Below, piece by piece: positions 1 through 11,159 of a stretch of DNA of 64,000 nucleotides. The notes below the pieces were generated by a model that was not told the origin of the DNA, ran no database searches, and saw only the letters and a program-made list of their open reading frames with translations. A program made the position numbers and the translations under genes. The stretch is taken from the IMG/VR virus record IMGVR_UViG_3300033999_000083, positions 1 to 64,000 of that record, one strand, 5' to 3'. Positions within the stretch are counted from its first letter, which is position 1, and each line of letters begins with the position of its first letter. The DNA comes from a virus (taxonomy: Duplodnaviria; Caudoviricetes).

Positions 1-210
1 ATTATTGCTAGTTCTGGAGAGACAGTACATTCATATTGTCATGTACAGTATGATCCTGAAAAGGATGAAATGTACTATAAGTCTGTAGAAAATGATTATC
101 ATAATGAGGTATCTGGATCTATGAAATATGATCACAGTAAATCTCTAAGTGATAACATTACTGATCTAGGAAAATCTTTCTTGGATAAAGTTTATAATGA
201 ATTGAAGTAA
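1..210 (+). CDS. 3' part of a hypothetical protein (truncated by window start)
   Basis: Frame 1 open from base 1 (IIASSGETVHSYCHVQYD...NELK) to TAA at 208-210. Confidence 0.7.
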   Translation: MIASSGETVHSYCHVQYDPEKDEMYYKSVENDYHNEVSGSMKYDHSKSLSDNITDLGKSFLDKVYNELK

Positions 211-1133
211 TAATATTAAAAAATATTATTCTGGAAATACATTATAATCATATCTGTAATCTGTATATTAAATTTCTTATCAATTATGCAATTTATTAAC
301 TAGTATTGTATTTTTTTATTATTAATAATATTAATATGATAAAAATTATAAATTGCATATTTAATAATATTTTTAATATAATAGAAATATTGATATTTAA
401 ACATATAATGCTTAAAAATTAAAATAGTTGAATAGTAAAATAAGAGATGTAAATAGTTGTGGGTAGAGTAGAGTAGGTGAATATGATTGTATTGAGTTAT
501 TCCCCTACTCTCTAAACATTCCAAATCTTTCAGATTTACTTTCTTATAGTGAAAATGGGTCGTTATTTATCGTTTATCCTAAAACATCTTATAATCCTTT
601 ACAAATACCTAAAATCCTTTTTTCACTATCTATTCAACTTATTTTACAAAACAAGGATCAAACAAAATTTTCCATTTACTAGTTCACTTAATTTGAAGTT
701 ATATTTAGTAGTGAATAGCTTTATCTATACAGCAACCTATTCCTTGAGGTTATAAACATAGACAAAAAGTATATATTAAATATAACATGGTATTAAATAG
801 TTAATACAAGGAAAATCTTTAATACTTGCATTTTAAGTGGACTTTTCATTGAACTTTAATCATCTATAATATAACTCATTCATTTTGGGGTTAATTAATA
901 ACTACTTTTAGTACTGAATACATATTTCCTGGAATATGTATTATATAATAATTAATATATAATAGTGCTTTAAAATGGAGTTGTACGAGTCCATGCAACT
1001 TAATAAATGCGGATCGATAGCATTTAAAATTATAGAATTATAGGTTAGTAATTAATACTATAATTCAGGACACTAAAAGTTAGTTAATAATTTAATGTTA
1101 GTAAATTCAGGAAAATACTAACAATTCCCCAAT

Positions 1134-2494
1134 TTGAATGAGTTTTTAAATAAGATTATGAAAGAATATTATTACTTATGGATGGGTAAAAAAGAAGATC
1201 CGTTCTCTATGTCTATAGCTGTAAAAATAATAGATGGTATTATCACCTCTATAACAACTAGAAATAATAACTGGAAGTTTGATCTCAGAACACTACTAAA
1301 TAAATCTTTAAAGGATGCTGTTCATATTATGTACACCTATCTTCACAGTACTAATATACTTGAACCTCCAATAATCAACTACTTAGATATAGATGAAGGT
1401 GTGTATGAAATACTAAGTTATAGATATGGATCAATACATAACTTTGTTCTAAATTATGAATGAATATTACTGCATTTGGATAAATAAAAAAGATACTGTT
1501 GAAGAAATTTCATTAGTGGTGAAACTAACTGACCAGGTTATCAAACACATAGAAGCCTTTTATTCAGATATCAAAGTATTAAATCTAAATACTGATGAAT
1601 ACTGTATAGTGGATCCAAAATGTTTATTAGACAAACGTATGGATATAGCATTAGGTATATTAGATAGGTATATTAGTAGTGAAAATCTAAATAAAAAATA
1701 TATCCTAGTTAGATCTAAAAAGATATCTAAATTTTCTTATGATAACATTATGTCAAAAACTAAAGGATTTAACAAACATAAATTATGAAAAGATATTATT
1801 ACATTAATGTACACTTAAGAGACTTTCTTGATGATACAGAAGCAATAGTTACTGTTGCTAGAGTTTGTTAAGTATAAATTTAAATATATACATAAGCTAT
1901 GGAAGAGTTTTATTGTATTTACATAGATGAACCAAATATAGGTTCTAATACAGAAGCTTTTGTGAAAATAAATCATAACACAATCGTTTCTATAAAGGAT
2001 ACATCAAGACCTAAAAAATATCAATGGGATGGATGGAAAATTAATCTTAACACTCTAATAGGTAAAACATTAGATGAAGCTTTGGACATCTTATCTGATT
2101 CCCTAAATGAAACTAAATACACTTCTGGTGAACCTTATGTCTATTATACAGTAATATCAAAAAATACATACTATAAAGTAACAATTTAAAACTCTAAAAC
2201 AAAATGGAAAAGAAGTTTCAATTCCGAGTTTCTGAGATATCTCTTAGAGACTCTTCATCAGTTGTTGTCTCAGTAGAAGACAACATTATAACAAAAGCAG
2301 TTAGTATTGCTAGTAAAAAGTGTCACTACTGGGACAATTGTCTTCCTAAAGCCAGTAATATGGTAGGAAGAAACATCAATGAAGTAGAAAAAGAAATTAA
2401 AAAATCTGTTCTACTATATCAAATGAATGGTTACACTCCTTATGTAATAAGAAGAGAAGTAAAATCTTCTGATAAATGTAATAAATATTTGTAA
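1134..2494 (+). CDS. Array of four weakly related small hypothetical proteins (1134-1463, 1456-1788, 1899-2189, 2204-2494)
   Basis: Shared pattern EYY.(I/L)W/Y ... VKI.D.II.SI ... L..LL.K.LD.A..IL; tightly packed on + strand. Confidence 0.7.
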
Positions 2495-2496
2495 TT

Positions 2497-3245
2497 ATGA
2501 AAACTTCTGAAAATAAAGTAAAAATAGAACTTGAGGGGCCAGCACTTGGCACCCTCGAGTGGTTTGAAAAGTTCATGTCTAAAAGCAAGTTTGTAATAAA
2601 AGGAAATGAAGAAGAAACCCCAAGTATTTTTTTAAGACACCTGGAAGATGACAGATTAATATGTAAGAAGAAAACAGAGAAAAGTGATGAAAGGTTCTAT
2701 AATATATCATCTAATGGATGTGCTTACATATCTCCAGAATATGAAGGAAATAAAGAAGGACTTTTTGATTTTCCTCTAACTCCTAAATGTAGAGAAGCTG
2801 TGGAAAATATGATAAATGAAGCAATGACTTTATTTGTCAATTGGTGGAAAGAATCTTAAATTAAAAGAAAATGGAAATATATTTAAATCATAAACCAACT
2901 TATGTTGGTACTTTAGATTGGTTTGAGGACTTTATGTCCGAAAGTGATTTGGTAATAAAAGAAATAGTTAATGGTATTCCTGGATTATTCTTACATCATA
3001 AAGATGATATGGGAAGAGATTGCTATCACTTTTTATGTAGGAAAGATTTAAATGGTGGATATTATGATGACTTTAACAAAACAGCAGATGGTTATATCTG
3101 TGTTTTTCCATCAACAAAACTATCTGAAAATGGACTTTTTGATTTTCCATTAAGTCCACAGTGTGAAAAAGCTGTAGATAAAATGATTTTGGAAGCAAAG
3201 AATTTATTTAAAAGATGGTGGGAAAATGATGGAGTTCCTTATTAA
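2497..3245 (+). CDS. Two tandem paralogous hypothetical proteins (2497-2859, 2871-3245)
   Basis: Shared GTL(E/D)WFE.FMS.S..VIK and GLFDFPL(T/S)P.C..AV..MI.EA..LF..WW. Confidence 0.85.
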
Positions 3246-3256
3246 GATATAAGGCA

Positions 3257-3619
3257 ATGGAAGAAATAATTAAAAAATTAGTAGAATTAGCTACTGAATA
3301 TGCAGAATTTATGGAGAGAAAACCAACCAGACGTGAAGTTGCTTTCTGGTATAGTGAAGATTACTCTGAAAAAATATCTGCATACTTTACTGATAGTAGA
3401 GAATATGTAGTTACTTTTGGAAAAGTTCATATAGCTGAGTATAAAAGTACTATTGAATTTCCTTTCAGTTATACAGTTGAAGACCTTGAAAGAGAATATG
3501 ACAGAGCTAAACTTTTCTTTGAAGAAGAAAAGGAAAGGGTTAAAAGAAAAATTCAAGAAGCTAAGGAAATTGAAATTGAGTGTTTAAAGAAACAATTAGA
3601 GGAGTTAGAAAAAAGTTAA
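3257..3619 (+). CDS. hypothetical protein, C-terminal coiled coil
   Basis: 120-aa ORF in operon orientation, E/K-rich tail. Confidence 0.7.
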   Translation: MEEIIKKLVELATEYAEFMERKPTRREVAFWYSEDYSEKISAYFTDSREYVVTFGKVHIAEYKSTIEFPFSYTVEDLEREYDRAKLFFEEEKERVKRKIQEAKEIEIECLKKQLEELEKS

Positions 3620-3686
3620 TAAAGAGTCATCTGTTGTTAGTAGGAGAATTCTTAGTAGTTCTCCTACTTTATAAAATTAAAAAAAA

Positions 3687-3902
3687 ATGAAAATAGATAA
3701 AATATTAAGTCAGTATCGTAGGGATTTCTATGCAATTTATATCTGTGAACATTGCGGATATAAAGAGGAGAAAAGTGGATATGATGATAATTACTTTCAC
3801 ACTGAAGTAATCCCAAAAATGGTATGTCCTCAATGTGGTAAAACTGCTGATAGTGATTATAGACCACTACAAACAAAATATCCTGATAATTTTGAAATTT
3901 AG
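3687..3902 (+). CDS. small zinc-ribbon protein
   Basis: CEHCG and CPQCG motifs. Confidence 0.75.
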   Translation: MKIDKILSQYRRDFYAIYICEHCGYKEEKSGYDDNYFHTEVIPKMVCPQCGKTADSDYRPLQTKYPDNFEI

Positions 3903-3928
3903 GGATAATTTCTTTAAAGATTTATATA

Positions 3929-4614
3929 ATGAAAACTTATGAACAAATTAAAGAATTTTTAGAATCTTTACTAATAGATAAAAATATTGTAGATTCTATT
4001 GATATAAATATGATAGATCAAAACAATCCTTTTGATTCTATCTTTAATTACCTTTCTAGCATAAATGGATTTCATAAGAAATTTGTTAACTCTAAAGAAG
4101 CTATGGATTATTTAACTAGGTATGATACATCTTTAGTTACTAGCTTAAATTTAATTGGAGGTTATGGATTAGGTGTATATGATATAAATGCCATAACTTT
4201 AGCTACAGTGTTATCTAACGAAAGAGGTATAAATAGTCTATATGAAGTAAAAGATCAAATAGAAGACTTCTTTAGAGTTAATAATTATTTTGAAAATTAA
4301 ATATGGAAACAGTAGAAAAGAAAAAATTAAGAATAATCCTAAGTAAACTCTTAGACAACACAAATAAAGCATTTGAAACTCTTATGTTGCATCTAAATGA
4401 GTTAAAGGACTGTAATGACTTTGGTTCTATAAACAAAAAAATTAGAATTATAAGTGAAGATTATGAAAGGTTTAAATTTTATGCAGGTAGGTTAGATAAG
4501 TTAGAAGCACTTTATAGCTTACCAAGCTCTACAAAAAGTATGCATGAAACTGTAGAAGAGTATATAGATAATCTAGGTATCTATGTTAAAGTTGTTAAAT
4601 CACACAATCACTAA
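3929..4614 (+). CDS. two hypothetical proteins (3929-4300, 4303-4614)
   Basis: Adjacent ORFs with 2-nt spacing. Confidence 0.65.
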
Positions 4615-4630
4615 ATTTTATATTAAACTT

Positions 4631-5077
4631 ATGATAGAAATAAAAGCACCAAATCCAATTTTACAGTTAGATGATCACCAGACTATTTTCTTGGCTGGGA
4701 GTATAGAAATGGGTGTAGCTGAAAATTGGCAGGATAGAGTCAAGAATCTACTAAAAGATAAAAAAGTAATATTATTAAATCCGAGACGTGATGATTGGGA
4801 TTCAACTTGGATTCAAAGTAAAGATAATCCTGAATTTGTAAAACAAGTTATGTGGGAATTAAATGCTCAAGAATTAGCAGATAAGATAATTATGTATTTT
4901 GATCCTAACACAAAATCGCCTATTAGTTTATTAGAATTGGGTTTATTTGCTAGAACTGGTAAAATGATTGTTATTTGTCCTAATGGATTTTATAGAAAAG
5001 GAAACGTTGATATTGTGTGCGAAAAATATAATGTAAGACAAATTCAAACATTAGAAGATGTGGTTAATTGCATTTAA
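4631..5077 (+). CDS. nucleoside 2-deoxyribosyltransferase-like protein
   Basis: IFLAGSI..G.A..WQ, LLNPRR, WEL, SPISLLELGL motifs; ATG 4631 is the likely start. Confidence 0.85.
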   Translation: MIEIKAPNPILQLDDHQTIFLAGSIEMGVAENWQDRVKNLLKDKKVILLNPRRDDWDSTWIQSKDNPEFVKQVMWELNAQELADKIIMYFDPNTKSPISLLELGLFARTGKMIVICPNGFYRKGNVDIVCEKYNVRQIQTLEDVVNCI

Positions 5078-5141
5078 ATATAAGTATATTAATCAAAACT
5101 ATAATTTGCTTTTAAACTTATATTTTTGATATTGCAACACA

Positions 5142-5393
5142 ATGATAAAAATTAATAGAATTATACCTCCAACCTTACAAATTTATACACCAAATGGTGA
5201 ATTATTAGGAACTGTTAATGAATATGAATTTCTGGATATTAGAGTACAAATTAAAAAGCAACAAATATCAGGTTATTATGGTATTTTTAATGGAGAAAGA
5301 ATTAACATAGATAGGAACGGAGAATTAGAAAAATATCCTAATGGTTTACTAGATACAATGACTAGGTATTACCTTGAACTATACAATGACTAG
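5142..5393 (+). CDS. hypothetical protein, paralog of 54006-54296
   Basis: NEYEFLDIRVQIKK vs NELEFLDLRCQIKK. Confidence 0.75.
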   Translation: MIKINRIIPPTLQIYTPNGELLGTVNEYEFLDIRVQIKKQQISGYYGIFNGERINIDRNGELEKYPNGLLDTMTRYYLELYND

Positions 5394-5464
5394 GTATTAC
5401 CTTGAACTATACAATGACTAGGTATTATCTTGAACTATACAATGACTAGGTATTATCTTGAACT
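5353..5464. repeat. 28-bp tandem repeat x4 (ATACAATGACTAGGTATTA[C/T]CTTGAACT)
   Basis: Four head-to-tail copies, no spacers. Confidence 0.95.
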
Positions 5465-5488
5465 TACATAATAAATTTTATTTTAATT

Positions 5489-5674
5489 ATGACAGATTAT
5501 TTTATTAAGTTGGAGGGTATAACAAAGAGAGAATTCTTTGCTATAGAAGCAATGAAAGGATTACTCTCAAATCCTGAATAAGTTAATGCTACTGATTATA
5601 AATGGGCAGCAAAAACCTCTATTGAGTATGCTGATGCTCTTTTAAAAGAATTGAAAGATGAATTACCTCAGTAA
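5489..5674 (+). pseudogene. small phage protein (G.TKRE.FA..AM.GLL...ADALL.EL type) with in-frame TAA at 5579-5581
   Basis: MTDYFIKLEGITKREFFAIEAMKGLLSNPE*VNATDYKWAAKTSIEYADALLKEL; motif continues in frame past the stop. Confidence 0.65.
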
Positions 5675-6068
5675 AGACCACTGGAATTATAGGGTAATGG
5701 CGAAGGGATACAAAAATGAAGTATATCTTGGTATATATGAGGTATATTATAAAGACGATATTCCTTCTTCATATTCTAAAGATCCAGTAACCATTGAAGG
5801 AAATAACTTATTTGAGCTTGATAAAGTCTTATCTTTAATGACAGAGTGTTTGGGAAAACCAATACTTTGGTATGGAGAGAAGTTTCCAGAAGAATATAGA
5901 AAAGGAGCTACAGATTATTTTATTTTACATAAAGAATTTGAAAAGCAAAAAGAAAAACATCCTTTTAAGTACAAACTAGAGTCTATCTGGTTTGAATTAT
6001 ACTGTCTCATTACAAATAATAAATTAATGAGATGGATTAAAAGTAAATTCAAAATCAATCAAATATAG
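5658..6068 (+). CDS. hypothetical protein
   Basis: WNYRVM...GIYEVYY pattern; 136-aa ORF. Confidence 0.7.
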   Translation: MNYLSKDHWNYRVMAKGYKNEVYLGIYEVYYKDDIPSSYSKDPVTIEGNNLFELDKVLSLMTECLGKPILWYGEKFPEEYRKGATDYFILHKEFEKQKEKHPFKYKLESIWFELYCLITNNKLMRWIKSKFKINQI

Positions 6069-6094
6069 ACAAGAAAGGCTAAACATTGATACCT

Positions 6095-6492
6095 TATAGA
6101 CTTATTCTATAGAAGATACTAATCTTGAATTGGCAAGATAGCTATTCCTTATGAATAGTTGGAGTAATCCTAGACGTACCATTTGCTCGGAGGAAGCAAT
6201 ATATAAAATTGGTGCGAATGAGTCCTCAGCAAAGATAAATCAACAAAAGGACAGGTTTAACCGACCTGCACCAGCTATAAGGAAGAATTATAGCCACAGT
6301 TTTGCAGTGAGTAAGACACTGTAGAGGGGAAAAGAGTTCATAAGTGAAATGATACCCCACTGCTATTTGAAAAAGTAGCAAGATAAGTAAGAGAGACTCA
6401 TCAACTCTTAAGCTTATTGAAAGCGCCTTGAAATGAGGATTGTATAAGTTGATTTATCCTGACCCTACTTCTAAACAAATGAAGAGGGTGCT
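6095..6492 (+). ncRNA. large, highly structured ncRNA candidate
   Basis: ORF-free, richer in GC than flanks, more than 10 hairpins plus long-range pairings (6234-6244/6448-6458; 6218-6224/6395-6401); strand inferred from flanking genes. Confidence 0.7.
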
Positions 6493-6519
6493 AATAAGAA
6501 TAATTTAATAATTAATAAT

Positions 6520-6945
6520 ATGAAAAATCTTATTGATGAATTTGTAGCTTTTTTAGAAGAAAATAATATAAAAGAACTTTATAAAAAAGCTCTTATAGAA
6601 AATGGAGTAATAAACTACTTGCATTTCTTAGAAGATAGTAAACCACGTAATTTTATATGTGGTGCATTCTCTTGGAGTAATACTCCAGAAGGATATAAAT
6701 TTTGGCAAGATGTAGATTTAAAGTGGGTTACTTTATTAAAGGAATTAGAAACTCCTATTAAAGTAGGTGATAAATGTATATTTTGGAATGATAATCCAGA
6801 GTTGGTAGTAGTTGGAAGATTAGATAAAATAAAGTTAGATAAAGACTTAGAGAATCCTAGTTTTTATCAAACTGGATATTTATTATTTCAAAATTGTGAA
6901 AAATATTCTGAAAAAAGATTAACTGAAATAGCAAATAATGTATAA
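6520..6945 (+). CDS. hypothetical protein
   Basis: AFSWSNTPEGYKFW motif, similar to motifs in the 9349 and 9810 proteins. Confidence 0.7.
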   Translation: MKNLIDEFVAFLEENNIKELYKKALIENGVINYLHFLEDSKPRNFICGAFSWSNTPEGYKFWQDVDLKWVTLLKELETPIKVGDKCIFWNDNPELVVVGRLDKIKLDKDLENPSFYQTGYLLFQNCEKYSEKRLTEIANNV

Positions 6946-7318
6946 AGTAAGTTTTGATTTTGACGGCGTATTAGACAGAGAAGATGTACAAAAATATGCT
7001 AGATCTTTAGTAGATAACGGATTTGAAGTATGGATATGTACATCAAGACTTAGGGATAAAGATTCTCCAAATAGTATGTGGAATGAAGACATATATAAAG
7101 TAGCCAATTATATAGGTATAGATAAAAATCATATTAAGTTTTGTGGGTTAGCAGATAAATATAAATTCTTTATAAAAAAAGATTTTGTATTTCATTTAGA
7201 TGATGATTTAGAAGAAATAAATTTAATAAATAAATATACTAATATTATTGGAATATATCTATATCCTTTAGATAATTGGTTAGAATCTTGTGAAAAAATT
7301 ATTAACCCTTTAAAATAA
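6938..7318 (+). CDS. HAD-superfamily phosphatase
   Basis: VSFDFDGVL motif I, TSR motif II, HLDD motif IV. Confidence 0.8.
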   Translation: MYKVSFDFDGVLDREDVQKYARSLVDNGFEVWICTSRLRDKDSPNSMWNEDIYKVANYIGIDKNHIKFCGLADKYKFFIKKDFVFHLDDDLEEINLINKYTNIIGIYLYPLDNWLESCEKIINPLK

Positions 7319-7482
7319 TTACTATGTATAGGTATTCAATTATTTATATTCCAATATGGGTAATTTTACAAGATGCTGTGAATATGTAATGGCTTCTAGT
7401 AAAATTAGAGAACCTTTAGAAGAAATGGTTAGTGTTATTAATTCGGTATCAGAATCTATTAATAAACCAATAATTTGGTCTG

Positions 7483-7800
7483 ATGATAGATTCCCTGAAG
7501 AATATAAAAAATAGTACTATGAATAAAGAAGAGTGGATAAAAGAAGAGGTCATAAATTATGACTGGAAAAATGATGGATTTGGAGATAATTCTATTGCAG
7601 AATTACTAAATAAAGGTTATGAAAGAGGATATAATGATGCTATGAAACTAATAGATCCATTAATAAAATCTCTTGAGTATATTATTGAAAAAGCATATCC
7701 AAATACTATTAAAGAAGCTATTACATTTGTAAATGATTCAAAGAATATAGCTTATAATGCTTTAAATACTTTTAAAAAGCAATATGAAGACTGGACTTAA
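7483..7800 (+). CDS. hypothetical protein
   Basis: ORF; true start probably the internal MNKEEW. Confidence 0.6.
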   Translation: MIDSLKNIKNSTMNKEEWIKEEVINYDWKNDGFGDNSIAELLNKGYERGYNDAMKLIDPLIKSLEYIIEKAYPNTIKEAITFVNDSKNIAYNALNTFKKQYEDWT

Positions 7801-7975
7801 GGATAAGAATGGCACAGAAATAATGGTTGGCGATAAGGTGCGATTTAAATGTTATGGAAGGTATTGGACTGAAACTGTATCTAAAATGAGCACAGGATAT
7901 TATCCGTTTAATCCATATATTAGAGTAGATACTGGTTTTTATATAAAACCATCTGATTGTGAAGTTGTAAAATAG
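7784..7975 (+). CDS. YopX-like protein
   Basis: TGLKDKNG.EI..GD.V signature. Confidence 0.75.
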   Translation: MKTGLKDKNGTEIMVGDKVRFKCYGRYWTETVSKMSTGYYPFNPYIRVDTGFYIKPSDCEVVK

Positions 7976-7995
7976 CGTAAATTTAAGATATTTAT

Positions 7996-8406
7996 ATGAA
8001 AGAAATTCTTAAAGTAGCAAAGGAAATACTTGATCTAAATGAAAATGCATCTTTAACTGGCACATTGATGTTAAAATTAAGAGGTATTGATTTAGGCAGA
8101 GAACCTAATGACATAGATATACTAATTAACGATTATGCTGTAAATATTAATTTTAATAAAGATTTTGAAGTAGAAATTTTAAGTAACGAATCATATAGAG
8201 AAACATCAATGAAGTACAAATACAAAGGTTTTGTTATTGATGTTATTAGTAGCAATGAAATTCCTGAAATTGTAAACGGATGGCGTTTAGGTTCGATTGA
8301 TGAATTGATGAAAGCAAAATACGAATTTAGTAAACAAGATTATGAGAGCGCGAAAAAACACTATGAGGATCTGGTAAAACTAGGTTTTAAATTTCCTGAA
8401 GAATAG
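7996..8406 (+). CDS. nucleotidyltransferase-fold protein
   Basis: LTGT.....G....REPNDIDIL (G[S/T]...DxD) motif. Confidence 0.6.
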   Translation: MKEILKVAKEILDLNENASLTGTLMLKLRGIDLGREPNDIDILINDYAVNINFNKDFEVEILSNESYRETSMKYKYKGFVIDVISSNEIPEIVNGWRLGSIDELMKAKYEFSKQDYESAKKHYEDLVKLGFKFPEE

Positions 8407-8447
8407 TAATTACTATACAATAATATATAAACTAATAATTATCTAAG

Positions 8448-9220
8448 ATGAAAGTGTATGTAGTTGAATCAGATTTCGGTGTCTATGAAGACTATAGAAG
8501 AATAATTAATGGAGTTTATGCACGTCCAGAAGTAGCTGAAATTGAAAGACAAAAAATTCAAGACTATTATCAGGAAATACTTGATAAAGGTGATCCTTCA
8601 GAAAAAATGTTGGATTGGGAAAATATGCCTGATGAAGAGTATGAAAGATTAAATGAGATGTTGGAAAATTATGAAACTGCTATTGATTATAATACTACAA
8701 CAGTAACAGAATATGATGTTATTGATTAATATATTATTATAATAAAATAGGACGTGCTTGGTATAAAAATAAATTACTTGGAAGAATTATTTCAGATAGT
8801 GACTATTTAAAATTAATAGAATTACTAAAAAGTAAATAAAATGGAAAACAAAAATTTAAAAAGAGTATATTATCCAGCATCTGATACTTATGGATGGTAT
8901 GATCCAGATACTGATACATACTATGATGATAATTATGAAGAAGAGCCTTATCAAGAGAATTATAAAGATGAAGATGATTAATATAAAAAATAACTAAAAT
9001 GAAACTATATAAATATAAAATAATATTACCCAATGGTAAAAAATTGATACAAGAAGCTAGTTATTTTGATACTAGAACTGGAGATTCAAATATATACTTT
9101 TTTAAAAAAGATCATATGGTTGCAGTAGTTCCTAATGGAAGTGCAGTAATTGAGATTGGTTATGAAGATAATAGTTTTAATCTAAGGGAGAGATATAATG
9201 ATGAACTTCCATGCGATTGA
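8448..9220 (+). CDS. small hypothetical proteins (8448-8729, ~8841-8981, 8999-9220)
   Basis: Co-oriented short ORFs with A-rich leaders. Confidence 0.55.
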
Positions 9221-9348
9221 AACAGTAGAAGAGCCTATTTTGTTTAGAAGGATGAAAGTCTGTAATAGTAGATGGTGAAACTATAAAAGAGGATACTTAT
9301 TATCAGCTAAAAAATTCAGAAATAACAGAATATAAAGAATAATCTAAG

Positions 9349-10277
9349 ATGGTAGTAAATACAAGAACTAAAAATGAATTAGCAACTTTATTAAGATTCT
9401 ATAAGGCTCTTAATTACAAGGTAGAAGTTACTGCTAAAGATTGGGATAATTATAAAGACAAAACCTGTATTGAAATAGATTTAGATAAAGAAGAGATAAT
9501 TAACTATTCTTCTATTAACTATTTTAAAGCTAAAGGATTACCTGTAGTTGACTACTCTACTTATGTAGAGGATTTATTTGGATATGAATTAAAAGGACTT
9601 ACAATAGAAATAGTTACTTCTATGTTGATACAACAAAAGAATCAAGGAAATAAACCAAGTTTAGAAGTATTTGAAAATAATGCAACTGCTTCAGCAGATG
9701 GTCGTGGATTTGATTGGCATGAAACTGTTCAAGGATATGATTTCTGGTATGATATAATAGATAGTAGAGACTTTAGTGATTTTAATTTTGTAAAAGCTTC
9801 AAGAATAAAATGATTGTAAATACAAAAACAAAAAAAGAGCTTGCTAGTTTACTAAGGTTTTTTAAAGCCTTAGGATATAACGTAGAAGTAAAGGTAGATG
9901 ATTGGGACTCATATGAGGAAAAAACTTGTATAAAGATAGACCACAAATCAGGTAGTATAAAAGAATTTTCCTCTATAAATTATTATAAAAGTAATAGTAA
10001 TTTTCCTGTTAATAGTTATGATGACTTTATTGAATTAACTATTGATGGAAATATAAGAGGCTTTCCATTAGATGTTGTAACAGCAATGATAGTACAACAA
10101 AAAAATCAAGGTAATCCACCTGATCTTTTAGTATTCAGAGACAGTAGGTATGTTGATAAACCTCTTAAAGGATTTAATTGGAAGGATACTTTTCAAGGAC
10201 AAGAATATTGGAAAGATATAATTGAGAACAGAAATTTTGAAAACTTTAATTACTTACATGCAACAAGAATAAAATGA
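9349..10277 (+). CDS. two tandem paralogs (9349-9813, 9810-10277)
   Basis: Near-identical N-termini (VNT.TK.ELA.LLRF.KAL.Y.VEV) and QQKNQGN; ATGA overlap. Confidence 0.9.
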
Positions 10278-10372
10278 AAATAGTATTAATAATATTAACA
10301 TTAGTATTCTCTATTCTTATGATTGCCTCTGGATGGAATAATCATGGAAAGAAAAGATTTAGGGATTAGATT

Positions 10373-11054
10373 ATGAACTCTTTAATAGACAAAATAAAAA
10401 ATTTTATAACTCTTCTTTCTAAAGATTGTAGCTTAGAAACTAAATCTGTGTTAGAAGATATAGTTGGAGAAATAGAAGTTATGGAAGATGAAGCTACTTT
10501 TGAAGAAATAGCTTTAATTTTAAAAAATCATCTCTCTGGTACACAATACTACGGAAATTATAAAATTATAGCTAGTTCAGATTCAGTAGAACTATTAAAA
10601 CTTAAAGATGAAGTATGAAAAATAAAGTAATCTGGGAAGGATGGACTATACAAGATTTTATAGATGTTTTAGAACCTTCTATAGATTTAATAATGAATAA
10701 TTCATCCTATCTTCCTAAATTTAAGAATAAAGGAGAATTGAAAAAGTATTGTATGGATAATCAACCATATTACAAGAAACATATACCAGAAGTGGTAAAT
10801 TACTTTGCAAAAAAATATTCTATAAAATGAAAATATTAGTAATATTAGATAATAATTATTTAGATAAAATATCTTATAATGAAGGTAATTTTGCAAAAGT
10901 AGTTACATTTCATGATTCTTGTATTATTGAGTATAAGGTAAGTAAGCAGTGTATTGTAGATTTTTTAGATGAGTTGGGAATAGAATACTCGGATAACTGG
11001 TTAGAAGATATTTCAACTTATCAAGTTACTGAAGATGTTGGACTATTAATGTAA
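10373..11054 (+). CDS. three small hypothetical proteins (10373-10618, 10615-10830, 10827-11054)
   Basis: Coupled by ATGA overlaps. Confidence 0.7.
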
Positions 11055-11159
11055 ATAAATTATGAAACTAAAATACATTGGATACCTTATAACTTTTATA
11101 GTTGTTATGAGATTAATTAATAAAAAACATTACAAGGATTACACTAATACCAATATATT

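Noticed and set aside
300-755. ORFs 300-524 (-) and 549-755 (+)
   Set aside because: Low-complexity Y/I/F/L-rich translations of AT-rich non-coding DNA
5353-5464. CRISPR array
   Set aside because: The 28-bp units are directly adjacent with no spacers, and there are no cas genes
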